From Candidatus Omnitrophota bacterium (lineage in GTDB: Bacteria; Omnitrophota; Gorgyraeia; Duberdicusellales; 4484-171), in assembly GCA_021735655.1 (NCBI GenBank), contig JAIPGM010000002.1:224001-288000 (forward strand): DNA of 64,000 nucleotides, written 5' to 3'. A program made the translations under genes and the position numbers. Under the pieces are notes generated by a model. The model was not told where the DNA came from. It searched no databases and saw only the letters and a program-made list of their open reading frames with translations. Shown here one piece after another: positions 26,341 to 36,396 of this stretch; position 1 is the stretch's first letter; each line of letters opens with the position of its first letter.

Positions 26341-27744
26341 TTAATCTTCTCTTATAATTTCAATAAGAGCCTCCACCACCTGTGGATTAAATTGAGACCC
26401 TTTACTTTCATTTAAGCGCTCGATTGCCTCTGCAACTTCCATAGCCGGCCGATAGGCTCGGACTGAAACCATGGCATCATAAGCATCAGCAACTGAAATA
26501 ATTTGCGTACAAATATCCATTTTTTTACCCTCAATTTTATCAGGATATCCTTTTCCATCGTAGCGTTCGTGATGAGAACGAACAATCGTCAATAACTGCT
26601 CATCAAAGGCCACTGGTTTTAAAATGTGCTCACCGATTATTGGGTGATTTCTGATTATTTCCCATTCTTCTTCGGTAAGACGGGTCTTTTTGTTTAGTAT
26701 GTTTTTCTGAATGCTGAGCTTTCCAATGTCATGAAGCTCAGCGGCTCGCTTAAGTAATTCTATCCTTTCGGGAGATAATTTCATTTTTTGGCCGATTTTT
26801 TCGGCATATTCAACAACCCGATCAGAATGTCCGTGAGTATAGGGATCCTTAGCCTCAAGAATTCGAATTAAAGCCTGCATTGCCCGATAAAAATAATCAC
26901 GCATTTTGTTTTGGGATTTAGATAAACTCTTAGCCATAGTATTAAAAGATTGAGCTAACTCACCAATTTCATCATGCCCCTTAATACTAACTTGATATTC
27001 TAGCTCACCATTAGCTAGATGATGGGTACCTTCGACTAATCTCTCAATACGATCGGTAATTCGCCAAGAAATAATCATGCCCAAAACCACTGAGAGCATA
27101 ATACCGACGATAAAAACTAACATGGCTCGGTTGTGGACTCGCTTGCGCAAATTATAAACCGAATCAGCCATAATATCGACTCCTAACATGGCTATAGCTT
27201 GACCGGCTTGATTAATTATCGGTGCATAACCTGACAAAGTGGCCCCCCACTCATCAATTTCTAACTTTGTGTCAGCCGACGGCCCATCAAAAGCTTTCAA
27301 CATTTCCGGAAAACGTGAGGCATCATATTTGTCACCCGGATAAGAAGTAAGTCCTTGCTCTATATCCTCGGGTGTATAGCCTGAAGGATCAACAATAAAT
27401 TGCCATACCCCCTCCTCTTCTGTCTTAGCTAAGGTATAAATATATTTAATTTGAGGGTTGACAGATCGAACCTTGTTCAGTTTTTCAGCAATTACTTTAA
27501 AATTTTCAGTCTGTATGCCCTTCTTATTTAACGGTATTTGAATGAGCTTATCCGGGTCAACCAGTAAAGCCGCGGTTTGAGCTATGATCTTAAGTTTATC
27601 GCGCAAATCATTAAACTGGCTATTTAAAGTGTATTTATAGATTAGGAAATTACTGAGGGTTCCAGAAAGAAGCATACAAAAAATAAAGGCCAAAGTAACC
27701 TTTACTTGAAAACCACGCAGTGGCTTAAAGGTAATCCGTTTCAT
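26341..27744 (-). CDS. Membrane sensor: periplasmic domain, TM, HAMP, then HD-GYP phosphodiesterase
   Basis: A HAMP region is followed by HDIGKL and HHERYDGKGYP. An N-terminal TM helix and a second TM helix precede the HAMP region. Confidence 0.75.
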   Translation of the reverse strand: MKRITFKPLRGFQVKVTLAFIFCMLLSGTLSNFLIYKYTLNSQFNDLRDKLKIIAQTAALLVDPDKLIQIPLNKKGIQTENFKVIAEKLNKVRSVNPQIKYIYTLAKTEEEGVWQFIVDPSGYTPEDIEQGLTSYPGDKYDASRFPEMLKAFDGPSADTKLEIDEWGATLSGYAPIINQAGQAIAMLGVDIMADSVYNLRKRVHNRAMLVFIVGIMLSVVLGMIISWRITDRIERLVEGTHHLANGELEYQVSIKGHDEIGELAQSFNTMAKSLSKSQNKMRDYFYRAMQALIRILEAKDPYTHGHSDRVVEYAEKIGQKMKLSPERIELLKRAAELHDIGKLSIQKNILNKKTRLTEEEWEIIRNHPIIGEHILKPVAFDEQLLTIVRSHHERYDGKGYPDKIEGKKMDICTQIISVADAYDAMVSVRAYRPAMEVAEAIERLNESKGSQFNPQVVEALIEIIRED

Positions 27745-27808
27745 ACTTAAATATTATACCAAAGTTAGATCGTTTTGATAGGGATAAAAGATATGCTTTC
27801 GGCGAGAA

Positions 27809-30790
27809 TTAAAACATTTCGATAACCAAAGTAAATTTATCTACCAGTTCAGGATCAAATTGAGTCCCAGAACATCTTCTTATTTCTGCAACAGCTTCTT
27901 CTTTGCTCACGCCTAGGTGATAAGGACGAACATTAGTCATAGCATCATAGGAATCTAAGATAGTAAGTATTCTGCACTCTAAGGGTATTTGTTCCCCTTT
28001 TAATCCAGTCAAATAACCCTTACCATTCCACCACTCATGATGGTAAAGAATCAAATTTGCAATATGCGATAATTCTTTAGAACGGCTAGCTATGATATGG
28101 CCGATCTTTACATGTTCCTTCATTTTTTCATATTCTTTTTCCGATAGTCTTTTTGGTTTAAATAAGATTTTATCCGGTATTCCTACCTTACCTAAATCAT
28201 GCATTTTAGCTAAAAGATCAAGGTTTCTTTTCTCATTGTCAGAAAGAGCTATAGCATCGGCCATTTTATCGGCCAAGACTGAAAGTCTCTCTAGGTGACC
28301 CTGAGATATAAAGTCTCTTTCCGATAAAGCAGCTACTAGCATCTCGATAACCTTATTTTCAGGAATTTCAGGCTTAGCTGAGCGATCCTCATACATATTA
28401 TCGTCGGCTCGCTGATAAACATCATAAACGGTTTCTTTTCCGGTATCTTGAGCGGTGGCCACACCAATTGAGATATGCATCGGGACTACTGGTTTCTTAC
28501 TATTATAAATATTGATTAACTTTTTTATTTTATCTCGTTTAACTAAGGCTTCCTTATAATCAACCTGTGGCAATATAATACAAAACTCATCACCACCAAC
28601 TCGAGCAATCAAATCCATCTTTCTAAAAGGAGTAGTTATGACCTTGGTTGCTGCGACTAATAACTTATCACCACTTTTATGGCCAAAGGTATCATTAACT
28701 AGTTTCAGCCGATCGATATCCAAAGATAAAATACTTAAAGGTAATGAACGGGAAAAATCTTTGCTTAAACGAGCCATCTCCTCAGCAAAAAAGGCACGAT
28801 TATAAATACCGGTGAGCGGATCATAGGAATTAACGTATTTAAGATGCTGCTCGCTTTGTTTTAATAACCTCTCGGCCCTTACGCGTTTTGTGATATCGCG
28901 GATATTGCACTGAATAATTTTCTTACTTCCAACCAAATAAAGACTACTAATTAGTTCAACCTCTACCTTTTCACCATTTTTTTTCTCAAGAGTCAAATTA
29001 TCATAGCGTAGGCTTTTTTCACTCCTTAGTTTTTTAAAAGCTTGCCAAGCAGTGTCATTGTTCTTTGCAAACCCAAGATTGCAAAACTCATTACCAATAA
29101 TTTCCGATTCTGAGTAACCCAACATATTGACTAAGGCTGGATTAACGGCAATTATTTTTTTCGACAAGACATCAATGATCATCATACCATCGCAAGCAGT
29201 TTCAAAAAGACGACGATAGCGAGATTCCGAAGATTGTAGGGCCCTCTCTGCTTTCTTTCGCTCAGTAATATCACTATGTACCTCAACTGCAATTCTACCA
29301 CATTCCGAATGATCAATCAGTGAAGACTTTACATAACACCAAATACGAGCCCCATCCTTCTTTATGTTTTCGACCTCCCCTTTCCATTCGCCTTCCTTTT
29401 TTAAAATAAGTGCAATTTTATCCTTAATTTCCTTAGGGGTTCTATTGCCTGGAGCATTAATTACCGAGATGTCCTTGCCAATCAGCTCCCCGGATTTATA
29501 ACCAAACATTTTTTCAAATTTAGAATTTGCAGAAATAATCTTGGCATCACGCAAACAAACTAAAACAACCCCTTCGGCTAGATTTTTCATTACTTCATTG
29601 TTAATGACCAACTCATTTTGGATTTTTTGTTTTTCGGTAACATCTTCTCCAGAGCCTAATGTTGAAATAATTTTCCCGTCATTGTCACGTAAAAATGAAT
29701 TATGCCAACCAATGATTCTTTTTTCTCCAGAAGCAGTCAAAACGTTGTTTTCGAAATATTCAACCGGAGCCAATTCCCCAGAAATAAGCTGACTATATAC
29801 TTCTTTAACTTTAGCCCTTTCATCTTCAGGAATAAAATTATCAAACCAATTTTTTCCAATAATTTCTTGTTCAGAATAACCTAATATTTCACATCCCTTT
29901 TTATTGATTAGGCTGACTTTCTGATCAGAATCAATCACGATAATTATGACATTGGCAATTTTAAGATATTCCTGAATGCGCGCCTTTTCCCCCTTTATAT
30001 CTTTTAGGGCTTTTCTCTGCTCATCAATATCTTGCACTTGAAAAACAAAATACAAAGGCCTACCGTCAACACCACAAACTAATGAAGCAGTTAAAAGAAT
30101 CCAGATTACTTCTCCGTCTTTGCGAACATAACGTTTTTCAATGCAATAATAAGGTAAACTCCCCTTTAGCATCTTCTCAACGTAATCGATCTCAATGCCG
30201 ATGTCCTCAGGATGAGTTATTTCCTGAAAATTACTACTTAATAATTCTTTCTTCGAATAGCCTAAGATTGAACACAAAGATTTATTAACTTTTAAAAAAG
30301 TACCATTAGGCTCAACTAAAGCTATGCCGATTCCGGAAACCTCAAACATAGTTTTAAAACGCGATTCACTTTCGTTTAAAGAATGGATTAATTCTTGATT
30401 TTTGGTGGCGTCTTGAAAGATACCTTGGACTACCGGTTTGCCACCAGAAAAAGTTAACAAAGTAGTTATCAAGACTGGTTTTACTTCTCCGGTTTTAGTT
30501 ATTATCTCTGCCTCGCGGATAATTTCCCCATTTTGCTTTATCAGCCGTTTAAACATTTTAACGTATTCTTGGGATTTCTCAGGCGGATGGATTGAAGACT
30601 GGTGCATTCCAATAAGTTCTTTTCTTTTTCTGGCAAAAAGATTTTCAGCGGCCTTGTTACACTCTATGATTAAACCAGATTCAGCTTCGGCCCAAAGGAT
30701 AGCAACTCGTGTATTATCGATTAAGGATTTTTTTAACATAAAACCGCCAAAAATAAAAAAAGCGTCAGTTTTTCTAACGCTTTTGAACAT
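27809..30790 (-). CDS. Multidomain c-di-GMP turnover protein: about four PAS/PAC domains, GGDEF, HD-GYP
   Basis: Repeated PAS-like blocks are present, along with the intact GGDEF site RVGGDEFCIIL and the C-terminal HD-GYP motifs MHDLGKVGIPD and HHEWWNGKGYLTG. Confidence 0.8.
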   Translation of the reverse strand: MFKSVRKTDAFFIFGGFMLKKSLIDNTRVAILWAEAESGLIIECNKAAENLFARKRKELIGMHQSSIHPPEKSQEYVKMFKRLIKQNGEIIREAEIITKTGEVKPVLITTLLTFSGGKPVVQGIFQDATKNQELIHSLNESESRFKTMFEVSGIGIALVEPNGTFLKVNKSLCSILGYSKKELLSSNFQEITHPEDIGIEIDYVEKMLKGSLPYYCIEKRYVRKDGEVIWILLTASLVCGVDGRPLYFVFQVQDIDEQRKALKDIKGEKARIQEYLKIANVIIIVIDSDQKVSLINKKGCEILGYSEQEIIGKNWFDNFIPEDERAKVKEVYSQLISGELAPVEYFENNVLTASGEKRIIGWHNSFLRDNDGKIISTLGSGEDVTEKQKIQNELVINNEVMKNLAEGVVLVCLRDAKIISANSKFEKMFGYKSGELIGKDISVINAPGNRTPKEIKDKIALILKKEGEWKGEVENIKKDGARIWCYVKSSLIDHSECGRIAVEVHSDITERKKAERALQSSESRYRRLFETACDGMMIIDVLSKKIIAVNPALVNMLGYSESEIIGNEFCNLGFAKNNDTAWQAFKKLRSEKSLRYDNLTLEKKNGEKVEVELISSLYLVGSKKIIQCNIRDITKRVRAERLLKQSEQHLKYVNSYDPLTGIYNRAFFAEEMARLSKDFSRSLPLSILSLDIDRLKLVNDTFGHKSGDKLLVAATKVITTPFRKMDLIARVGGDEFCIILPQVDYKEALVKRDKIKKLINIYNSKKPVVPMHISIGVATAQDTGKETVYDVYQRADDNMYEDRSAKPEIPENKVIEMLVAALSERDFISQGHLERLSVLADKMADAIALSDNEKRNLDLLAKMHDLGKVGIPDKILFKPKRLSEKEYEKMKEHVKIGHIIASRSKELSHIANLILYHHEWWNGKGYLTGLKGEQIPLECRILTILDSYDAMTNVRPYHLGVSKEEAVAEIRRCSGTQFDPELVDKFTLVIEMF

Positions 30791-30940
30791 CTAAGCTGTT
30801 TTTTAGTTAATCTATTTATTTGTTTTTTCCACATAATATTTCGTGGCATATATAATATAACACGATTTTAACATATTATCAAGGTAATTTAGGCAATCGG
30901 CCGACCGATCCAGCAATAAAATATTGCTCAGTAAGGATTT

Positions 30941-31648
30941 TTAAGATTTTTTTAATTTAAGGTAGGCTTGTCTTCTGGCCTCAGGAAATCTCTCAATGGC
31001 ATATCTAACTGTGATTCGGGGCATTTTTAGCTGATATTTACTTAAAAACCTCTCCTCTAACGACTGGTCACGCTTACCAACCTCACGTAACATCCAACCA
31101 GTTGCCTTATGAATTAAATCTTCTTTGTCGCAAAGTAACATTTTAGCTACTTTTAAAGTATCTTTAAACTGATTATTTTTTATGAAGTAAGCTGTTGAAA
31201 CAATGGCTATTCGTCTTTCCCAAAGGTTCTTTGATTTCGCTAATTTAAATAAAATGCTTCGGTTCTTATCCCAAAGGTAAGCCCCAACAATATTGGCAGC
31301 AGTTAAATCAACTAAGTCCCAATTGTTAACATAGCTGGTGTTTTGTAAATATAATCTATAAATTTCGGCTTTCTTGCCAGTAGTAGCTTCTTGAAATTTT
31401 AAAACAAGAATTATCAGTGCTAATAAGCGTTCTTCGTGAATTGGTGATTTAATAAGTTTTTTTAAAACAACCAGGCTTATATTTTGATATTCTTTGGCAA
31501 GTTTACGAATTTGAGGCACAGTGACTCCGATAAAAATATCACCTTCAGCATATTCACCGGAACCAGTTTTAAAAAAACTCTGTAAGATTTTAGCTTTTTT
31601 CTTATTACTATAATTAGCAAGAGTCTTTTTAATCTGCGGCAAAGTCAT
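30941..31648 (-). CDS. DNA alkylation repair enzyme (AlkD/AlkC-like HEAT-repeat glycosylase family)
   Basis: An all-alpha HEAT-like repeat pattern is present. The N-terminus LANYSNKKKAKILQSFFKTGSGEYAEGDIFIGVTVPQIRKLAKEY is typical of the family. Confidence 0.65.
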   Translation of the reverse strand: MTLPQIKKTLANYSNKKKAKILQSFFKTGSGEYAEGDIFIGVTVPQIRKLAKEYQNISLVVLKKLIKSPIHEERLLALIILVLKFQEATTGKKAEIYRLYLQNTSYVNNWDLVDLTAANIVGAYLWDKNRSILFKLAKSKNLWERRIAIVSTAYFIKNNQFKDTLKVAKMLLCDKEDLIHKATGWMLREVGKRDQSLEERFLSKYQLKMPRITVRYAIERFPEARRQAYLKLKKS

Positions 31649-31696
31649 AACATTGCAATTTGAAGCCCAGAAACATCAGCTTAGAGGCTTTTTAGA

Positions 31697-31897
31697 CTAA
31701 ACTTTTTTTCTAACTAGCCGCTTAATGTTTGTCGGTGGCTTTTGTATGCTTATTCCACTTCTTCGTAAAGCTTTCAACATTCGGTCGTAAACTTGATAGA
31801 GCGTTCGGCCTTCAGTGAGGTGGTTGAGACACAAGGCAGCATAACCTTTACGGTTTTCCATCTTAAAAATCCTTACCTTTTGAACGCTAATTTTCAT
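31697..31897 (-). CDS. Hypothetical small basic protein
   Basis: Only the ORF itself is seen. No family was recognised. Confidence 0.25.
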   Translation of the reverse strand: MKISVQKVRIFKMENRKGYAALCLNHLTEGRTLYQVYDRMLKALRRSGISIQKPPTNIKRLVRKKV

Positions 31898-31919
31898 GCT
31901 TACCTCCTCTCTTCTTACT

Positions 31920-32210
31920 TTACCAGTTATTCTGCTCCATTCGCTTACGATTACAAGAACCCCTTTGCTTCATTTTTCCAACAAATTCATCTTTGTAAGA
32001 AGAAATAACATACTTTTCATATTTTTTTTCAGCAATAGTGTTAAAAAGAGCGCCAACCACCGAAGAAAGAGCTAATAACCATATTGTAATTGCAAGGACT
32101 CTACCAAATTTTTTTAGGTTTTCAGAGTCAGTTTTAGATGCTCCTAGCAGTACAAAAAAACTCACAATCACCAAACCAACAGCCTTCATTAGCATTGCAT
32201 AACTTTCCAT
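31920..32210 (-). CDS. Hypothetical membrane protein (two TM helices)
   Basis: Two hydrophobic segments are present. The start is uncertain. Confidence 0.3.
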   Translation of the reverse strand: MESYAMLMKAVGLVIVSFFVLLGASKTDSENLKKFGRVLAITIWLLALSSVVGALFNTIAEKKYEKYVISSYKDEFVGKMKQRGSCNRKRMEQNNW

Positions 32211-32236
32211 ATAAACACCTCCCTTTTTTTAATAAC

Positions 32237-33169
32237 CTAGGCTTTCGTCCAAATACGTGTATTTAAATTGAGATCTTCGGCTATGCTAACAGCCATACCT
32301 AAATCTTCATAGTATTGTTTTATCGGCGCAAAGTCCAAGAGAGTTTTAAATATCCGCGGCTCAAAGAGCCTTCGGGCATAAGGTATTGCGACAAATATTT
32401 TTGATTTTACAAATGAAATGTAGATTGCTTTTTTGGTTTTCTTTCTGAAGTCAGCGATTCGTTTCATTAAGCTTGTTGAAAGAATATAGCGAGCCTCGAT
32501 CTGGTCACTTCCGTATACTGCAAAAAATTTTTCAAACTCCGGGTCTTCTAACCTTATGGGTTCTCCTCGCATCTTATTCCAGGATTGTAGCATTTTTCCA
32601 ATACCACCAAAGAGCCGTTCGGCAATATCTGGCAAAACCACAGTAATACCCTTAAAGGACTTATTAAAATCAGCAATAAAAAATAGTCCATTAAAAATCG
32701 GAGTTCGGTTTCTATTTTTGCCGCTACCGGATTCATGCGCGGCGTGCAATTCTGAAAATCTAACCTGGGTTTTATCTATGGTTCCTTGGATATAATCGTC
32801 ACCTTTATATCTGTTCGGCCGCAAGTTAAAAATCTTACTTTCAGTAAAATCATCTAAGGATATGTACTTGGTTGGCGAATATTGCAGATTGCCATCAACC
32901 GCCTTAATAATTTTCTCAATTATGCTACTTTTGAAATTTTTCCGGTAAGCACTTGAAATTATCTGTGTGGCTACAATACAGCCAACAATGCCGAAAAATA
33001 TAAAGTGAACCACATGGGCTAGAAGGGCTAAGATTATGGCCAAAGGCGTAATGATCGCCACTACTATATAGATTTTTTTTAATACTTGCTTGCGTTGCTG
33101 CTCTAGGATTTTTAATTCTGACCAAAGCACGGTGCTATAGTAATCTTCTAGTTCTCTTATCGTTTTCAT
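32237..33169 (-). CDS. Membrane protein frequently partnered with LemA (DUF3137-like)
   Basis: N-terminal TM helices are present and the gene lies immediately downstream of lemA. The family assignment rests on memory. Confidence 0.35.
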   Translation of the reverse strand: MKTIRELEDYYSTVLWSELKILEQQRKQVLKKIYIVVAIITPLAIILALLAHVVHFIFFGIVGCIVATQIISSAYRKNFKSSIIEKIIKAVDGNLQYSPTKYISLDDFTESKIFNLRPNRYKGDDYIQGTIDKTQVRFSELHAAHESGSGKNRNRTPIFNGLFFIADFNKSFKGITVVLPDIAERLFGGIGKMLQSWNKMRGEPIRLEDPEFEKFFAVYGSDQIEARYILSTSLMKRIADFRKKTKKAIYISFVKSKIFVAIPYARRLFEPRIFKTLLDFAPIKQYYEDLGMAVSIAEDLNLNTRIWTKA

Positions 33170-33191
33170 TAAGGCTTCTTTTTTCTAGAAA

Positions 33192-33752
33192 TTACTTATT
33201 AAAAAGATCCTTTACGCTAACGTTTTTACGTTCTTTTTCAACTATTTCAAATACTTGCTTGCGTTTATAATTCATCATTGAAGCTACTATATTAGTCGGA
33301 AACATTTCAACCGCATTATTGTAATCAGTAACTGAAGCATTGTAGGCTCGGCGAGCTGCCGAAATCTGTTCCTCTACTTCATTTAAAGTCCCCTGAAGCT
33401 GTAGGAAATTCTGATTGGCCTTAAGATCTGGATAATTCTCAACAGCGACCATTATTCCGCCCAAAGCTTTGGTCATTTTATTATCCAGGTCAACCTTTTG
33501 ATCATCAGAAAGTGAACTGGAAACAGCCTTAGCTCTCATCTCAGTTATTTCAGTTAAGGTGCCCCTTTCATGTTGCATGTAAGTTTTAACTGTAGCGATT
33601 AGATTCGGAATAAGGTCATACCTTTTCTTCAGTAAAGTGTCGATACTGGCAAATACATTTTGGACCTGGTTCTTTTTTCCAACCAAGCTATTGTAAAGAA
33701 AAACCGGAATTAAAACCAGTACCCCGAGAATAATAATTGTTGGTAACATCAC
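33192..33752 (-). CDS. lemA: LemA family protein
   Basis: An N-terminal TM helix is followed by LVGKKNQVQNVFASIDTLLKKRYDLIPNLIATVKTYMQHER. Confidence 0.8.
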   Translation of the reverse strand: MMLPTIIILGVLVLIPVFLYNSLVGKKNQVQNVFASIDTLLKKRYDLIPNLIATVKTYMQHERGTLTEITEMRAKAVSSSLSDDQKVDLDNKMTKALGGIMVAVENYPDLKANQNFLQLQGTLNEVEEQISAARRAYNASVTDYNNAVEMFPTNIVASMMNYKRKQVFEIVEKERKNVSVKDLFNK

Positions 33753-33821
33753 AAACCTCCTTTTTTACCTCTGTATATATTATCATAATTGACTTACTAT
33801 CTCAAGACTGAGACTATTACT

Positions 33822-34994
33822 TTAGCTTAAAAATGTTTTTTTGGCTCGATAAATAGCCTGGTTGCCGAATTTATTTCTTATTGAATCTACTGCCTGATGA
33901 ACCCTTTCTTTCTTTTTATCTTTTTCTCCCTCAAAAAGACTATCTTTGATTTCAGAGTCCATACAGTTCGATGCTTTAACACCTAACAGGCGTACTTCTC
34001 TTTTTTTAAGTTCAAAGTCCGACAAAAGTTTTCTAGCCGTCTTATAGATTGTATCGACAAAGTTAGTAGCGGCAATCAAGGTTAACGATCGAGTGTAGGT
34101 TTTGTAACCTTTAAGACGTATCTTTAAAGTTATCGTCCTTGCCTTTAAACCTTCTGAACGCAGGCGGCGTGAAACCTTCTCTGAAAGCCCAACCAGGGTA
34201 TCTTTAATTAGCTCTTTATCGTTAGTGTCACGCTCGAAAGTAATTTCGTTGCTTATTGATTTTATTTGATCGTTGGCTTCTACTGGACGTTGATCAATTC
34301 CTTTGGCTAGCTCCCACCAGTGTCGACCATTTTCACCAAAAATTTCGATTATCGTTTCTAATTTTTTTTCCGCTAAATCACCGATAGTTTTTATGCCTCG
34401 CTCTTTAAAAACTGCAGTACTTTTTTTACCTAATCCCCAAATTTTATTAATTTCTAAAGGATGAAGAAAGTCACGCAAATTACTTTCGGTAACCATAACT
34501 AAGCCGTCAGGTTTTTCAAGATCAGAAGCAATCTTGGCAGCCATCTTGGTCGGAGCGCAACCAACTGAAGCGGTAAGTCCAGTTGTTTTTTTTATCTGGT
34601 CTTTAAGTGCTTGGCAGGTTTTCTTTGGGCCGCCAAAAAGGTGAAAACTCCCAGTTATATCCAAAAAAGCTTCGTCAATACTAATCGGCTCGACCTTAGG
34701 TGTAAAATTATAAAATATTTTATAGATTTCTTCTGAGGCTTGATGATATTTATCCATATTAACCGGAAGAAAAACGCCCTGAGGACATTTCTTGTAGGCC
34801 AAGGATATCGGCAAGCTTGAATATATCCCAAATTTCCGAGCCTCATAAGAACAAGTTGAAACCACCCCCCTACCATTTCCTTTTTTGGGGTCAGCACCAA
34901 TAATTATTGGTTTACCAGCTAAATTCGGATTATCGCGCTGCTCAACAGCAGCGAAAAAGGCATCCATATCTACATGCAGGATGTACTTTAGCAT
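33822..34994 (-). CDS. dinB: DNA polymerase IV (Y-family)
   Basis: ILHVDMDAFFAAVEQRDNPNLAGKPIIIG matches. Confidence 0.85.
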   Translation of the reverse strand: MLKYILHVDMDAFFAAVEQRDNPNLAGKPIIIGADPKKGNGRGVVSTCSYEARKFGIYSSLPISLAYKKCPQGVFLPVNMDKYHQASEEIYKIFYNFTPKVEPISIDEAFLDITGSFHLFGGPKKTCQALKDQIKKTTGLTASVGCAPTKMAAKIASDLEKPDGLVMVTESNLRDFLHPLEINKIWGLGKKSTAVFKERGIKTIGDLAEKKLETIIEIFGENGRHWWELAKGIDQRPVEANDQIKSISNEITFERDTNDKELIKDTLVGLSEKVSRRLRSEGLKARTITLKIRLKGYKTYTRSLTLIAATNFVDTIYKTARKLLSDFELKKREVRLLGVKASNCMDSEIKDSLFEGEKDKKKERVHQAVDSIRNKFGNQAIYRAKKTFLS

Positions 34995-35119
34995 AATTTT
35001 GGGTTTATTTGGCCTATTTGAAGCCTATCGGTTTTAAATGCCCTAATTATATATATTATTGATATTGTCCAAAATAGAGCTATTTTTGAGCTAAATAGGG
35101 GCATTCTAGGGGGCACTTT

Positions 35120-36358
35120 TTAGGGCATCTTACGAATAGCTTCGACCCGTTTCAATACCGGCGGATGACTATAATCCAAAAATACCTTTAATCGATGCGG
35201 GCTTAAATTAGAAAGATTGTTTACAGTGAGCTTTTTAAGCGCCGAGATAAAGGCCTCCGGATTTTGATAGGTCCTTACCGCATAGCGATCAGCTTCATAT
35301 TCATGTTTTCGCGAAAGCAAATTACCGAATATTGAAAAAATAAAACTAATTGGTGTATAAAGGAAGCTAAAGAATATAAGCCCAGCGTAAACTGATATTT
35401 CATCCATTCTAAAAGCATTGAATAGCCCAGGATTTTTTATAAAAAATGAAAGCAGGTAAAACATCAGACCTTTAGTTAATGCTGAGAGTAAAAGACGTTT
35501 TATAATATGTTTCTTTTTATAGTGGCCAACTTCATGTGCTAAAACAGAAACAATTTCTTCAGTAGTGTGTTTTTGAATTAAAGTGTCAAATAAAGCAATC
35601 CGACGAGATTTGCCTAAACCAGTAAAAAAAGCGTTAGACTTACTTGACCGACGCGACCCATCAATTTTAAAAATACCCTTTATCTTGAACTTTTGCGAAT
35701 TAGCATAATCGCTAACCGCCTTTTTAAGCTCCCCATCTTCTAAGGGGGTAAATTTGTTAAAAAGCGGTAAAATTAACACCGGAGCAATAAAAATAAAAAA
35801 AGTACTTAAGAGAACCGTAGCCAACCAACACCAAAGCCAAGCTCCCTGATCGCTAAACTCGACAAAAAGACGTACAATTAAATAGAAAGCCGGACCGGCA
35901 ATAATTACCAACAATATCCAGTTTTTAATTAGATCAGTAATAAAAGTTTTTACGGTAGTTTTATTGAATCCATACTTCTCTTCAATAACAAAGGTCTGAT
36001 AAATAGAAAAAGGTATCTCAATAATTTGAAGTCCGAAAACAATAATTCCGGCAAAAATTAAACCGCTAAACTCAATATTTGAGCTCAAATCTCGGGAGAT
36101 TCGGTCAACTAAATTGAATCCTCCGCTTAGAATAAAAATGATAACAACTGTCGTAAAGACGGTTTTTTGAATAAGACTAAAGTAAGTATTTTCTTTAAGG
36201 TATTTTTGCGAACGACTATAGTCCTCAGGATTATAATAACCTTCAAATTCTGCAGGTAGACTAAAACCAACTGAGGAAATATTTAACATCTCTACGGTCA
36301 CCCGCAAGACATACTCGCCGATTAAAATAGCTAAAATAATAACTAAATAAGGATTCAT
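35120..36358 (-). CDS. M48 family (Ste24/HtpX-like) integral membrane zinc metalloprotease
   Basis: Multiple TM helices are present, together with the HEVGHYKKKH (HExxH) motif and a downstream Glu-containing segment. Confidence 0.75.
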   Translation of the reverse strand: MNPYLVIILAILIGEYVLRVTVEMLNISSVGFSLPAEFEGYYNPEDYSRSQKYLKENTYFSLIQKTVFTTVVIIFILSGGFNLVDRISRDLSSNIEFSGLIFAGIIVFGLQIIEIPFSIYQTFVIEEKYGFNKTTVKTFITDLIKNWILLVIIAGPAFYLIVRLFVEFSDQGAWLWCWLATVLLSTFFIFIAPVLILPLFNKFTPLEDGELKKAVSDYANSQKFKIKGIFKIDGSRRSSKSNAFFTGLGKSRRIALFDTLIQKHTTEEIVSVLAHEVGHYKKKHIIKRLLLSALTKGLMFYLLSFFIKNPGLFNAFRMDEISVYAGLIFFSFLYTPISFIFSIFGNLLSRKHEYEADRYAVRTYQNPEAFISALKKLTVNNLSNLSPHRLKVFLDYSHPPVLKRVEAIRKMP

Positions 36359-36396
36359 AAAACTATTTATTTTTTGAAGTTGAAACTGACAAGATT

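Noticed and set aside
26130-26415. Plus-strand ORFs 26130..26357 and 26179..26415 across the pilin gene
   Set aside because: Antisense to the pilin CDS, whose prepilin leader is unambiguous.
28092-30794. Plus-strand ORFs 28092..28298, 29541..29792, 29702..29884, 30082..30288 and 30438..30794
   Set aside because: All lie antisense within the 993-aa PAS-GGDEF-HD-GYP gene.
32554-33125. ORFs 32554..32736(-), 32556..32795(+) and 32925..33125(-) within the DUF3137-like gene
   Set aside because: Alternative-frame or antisense overlaps of a longer membrane-protein ORF.
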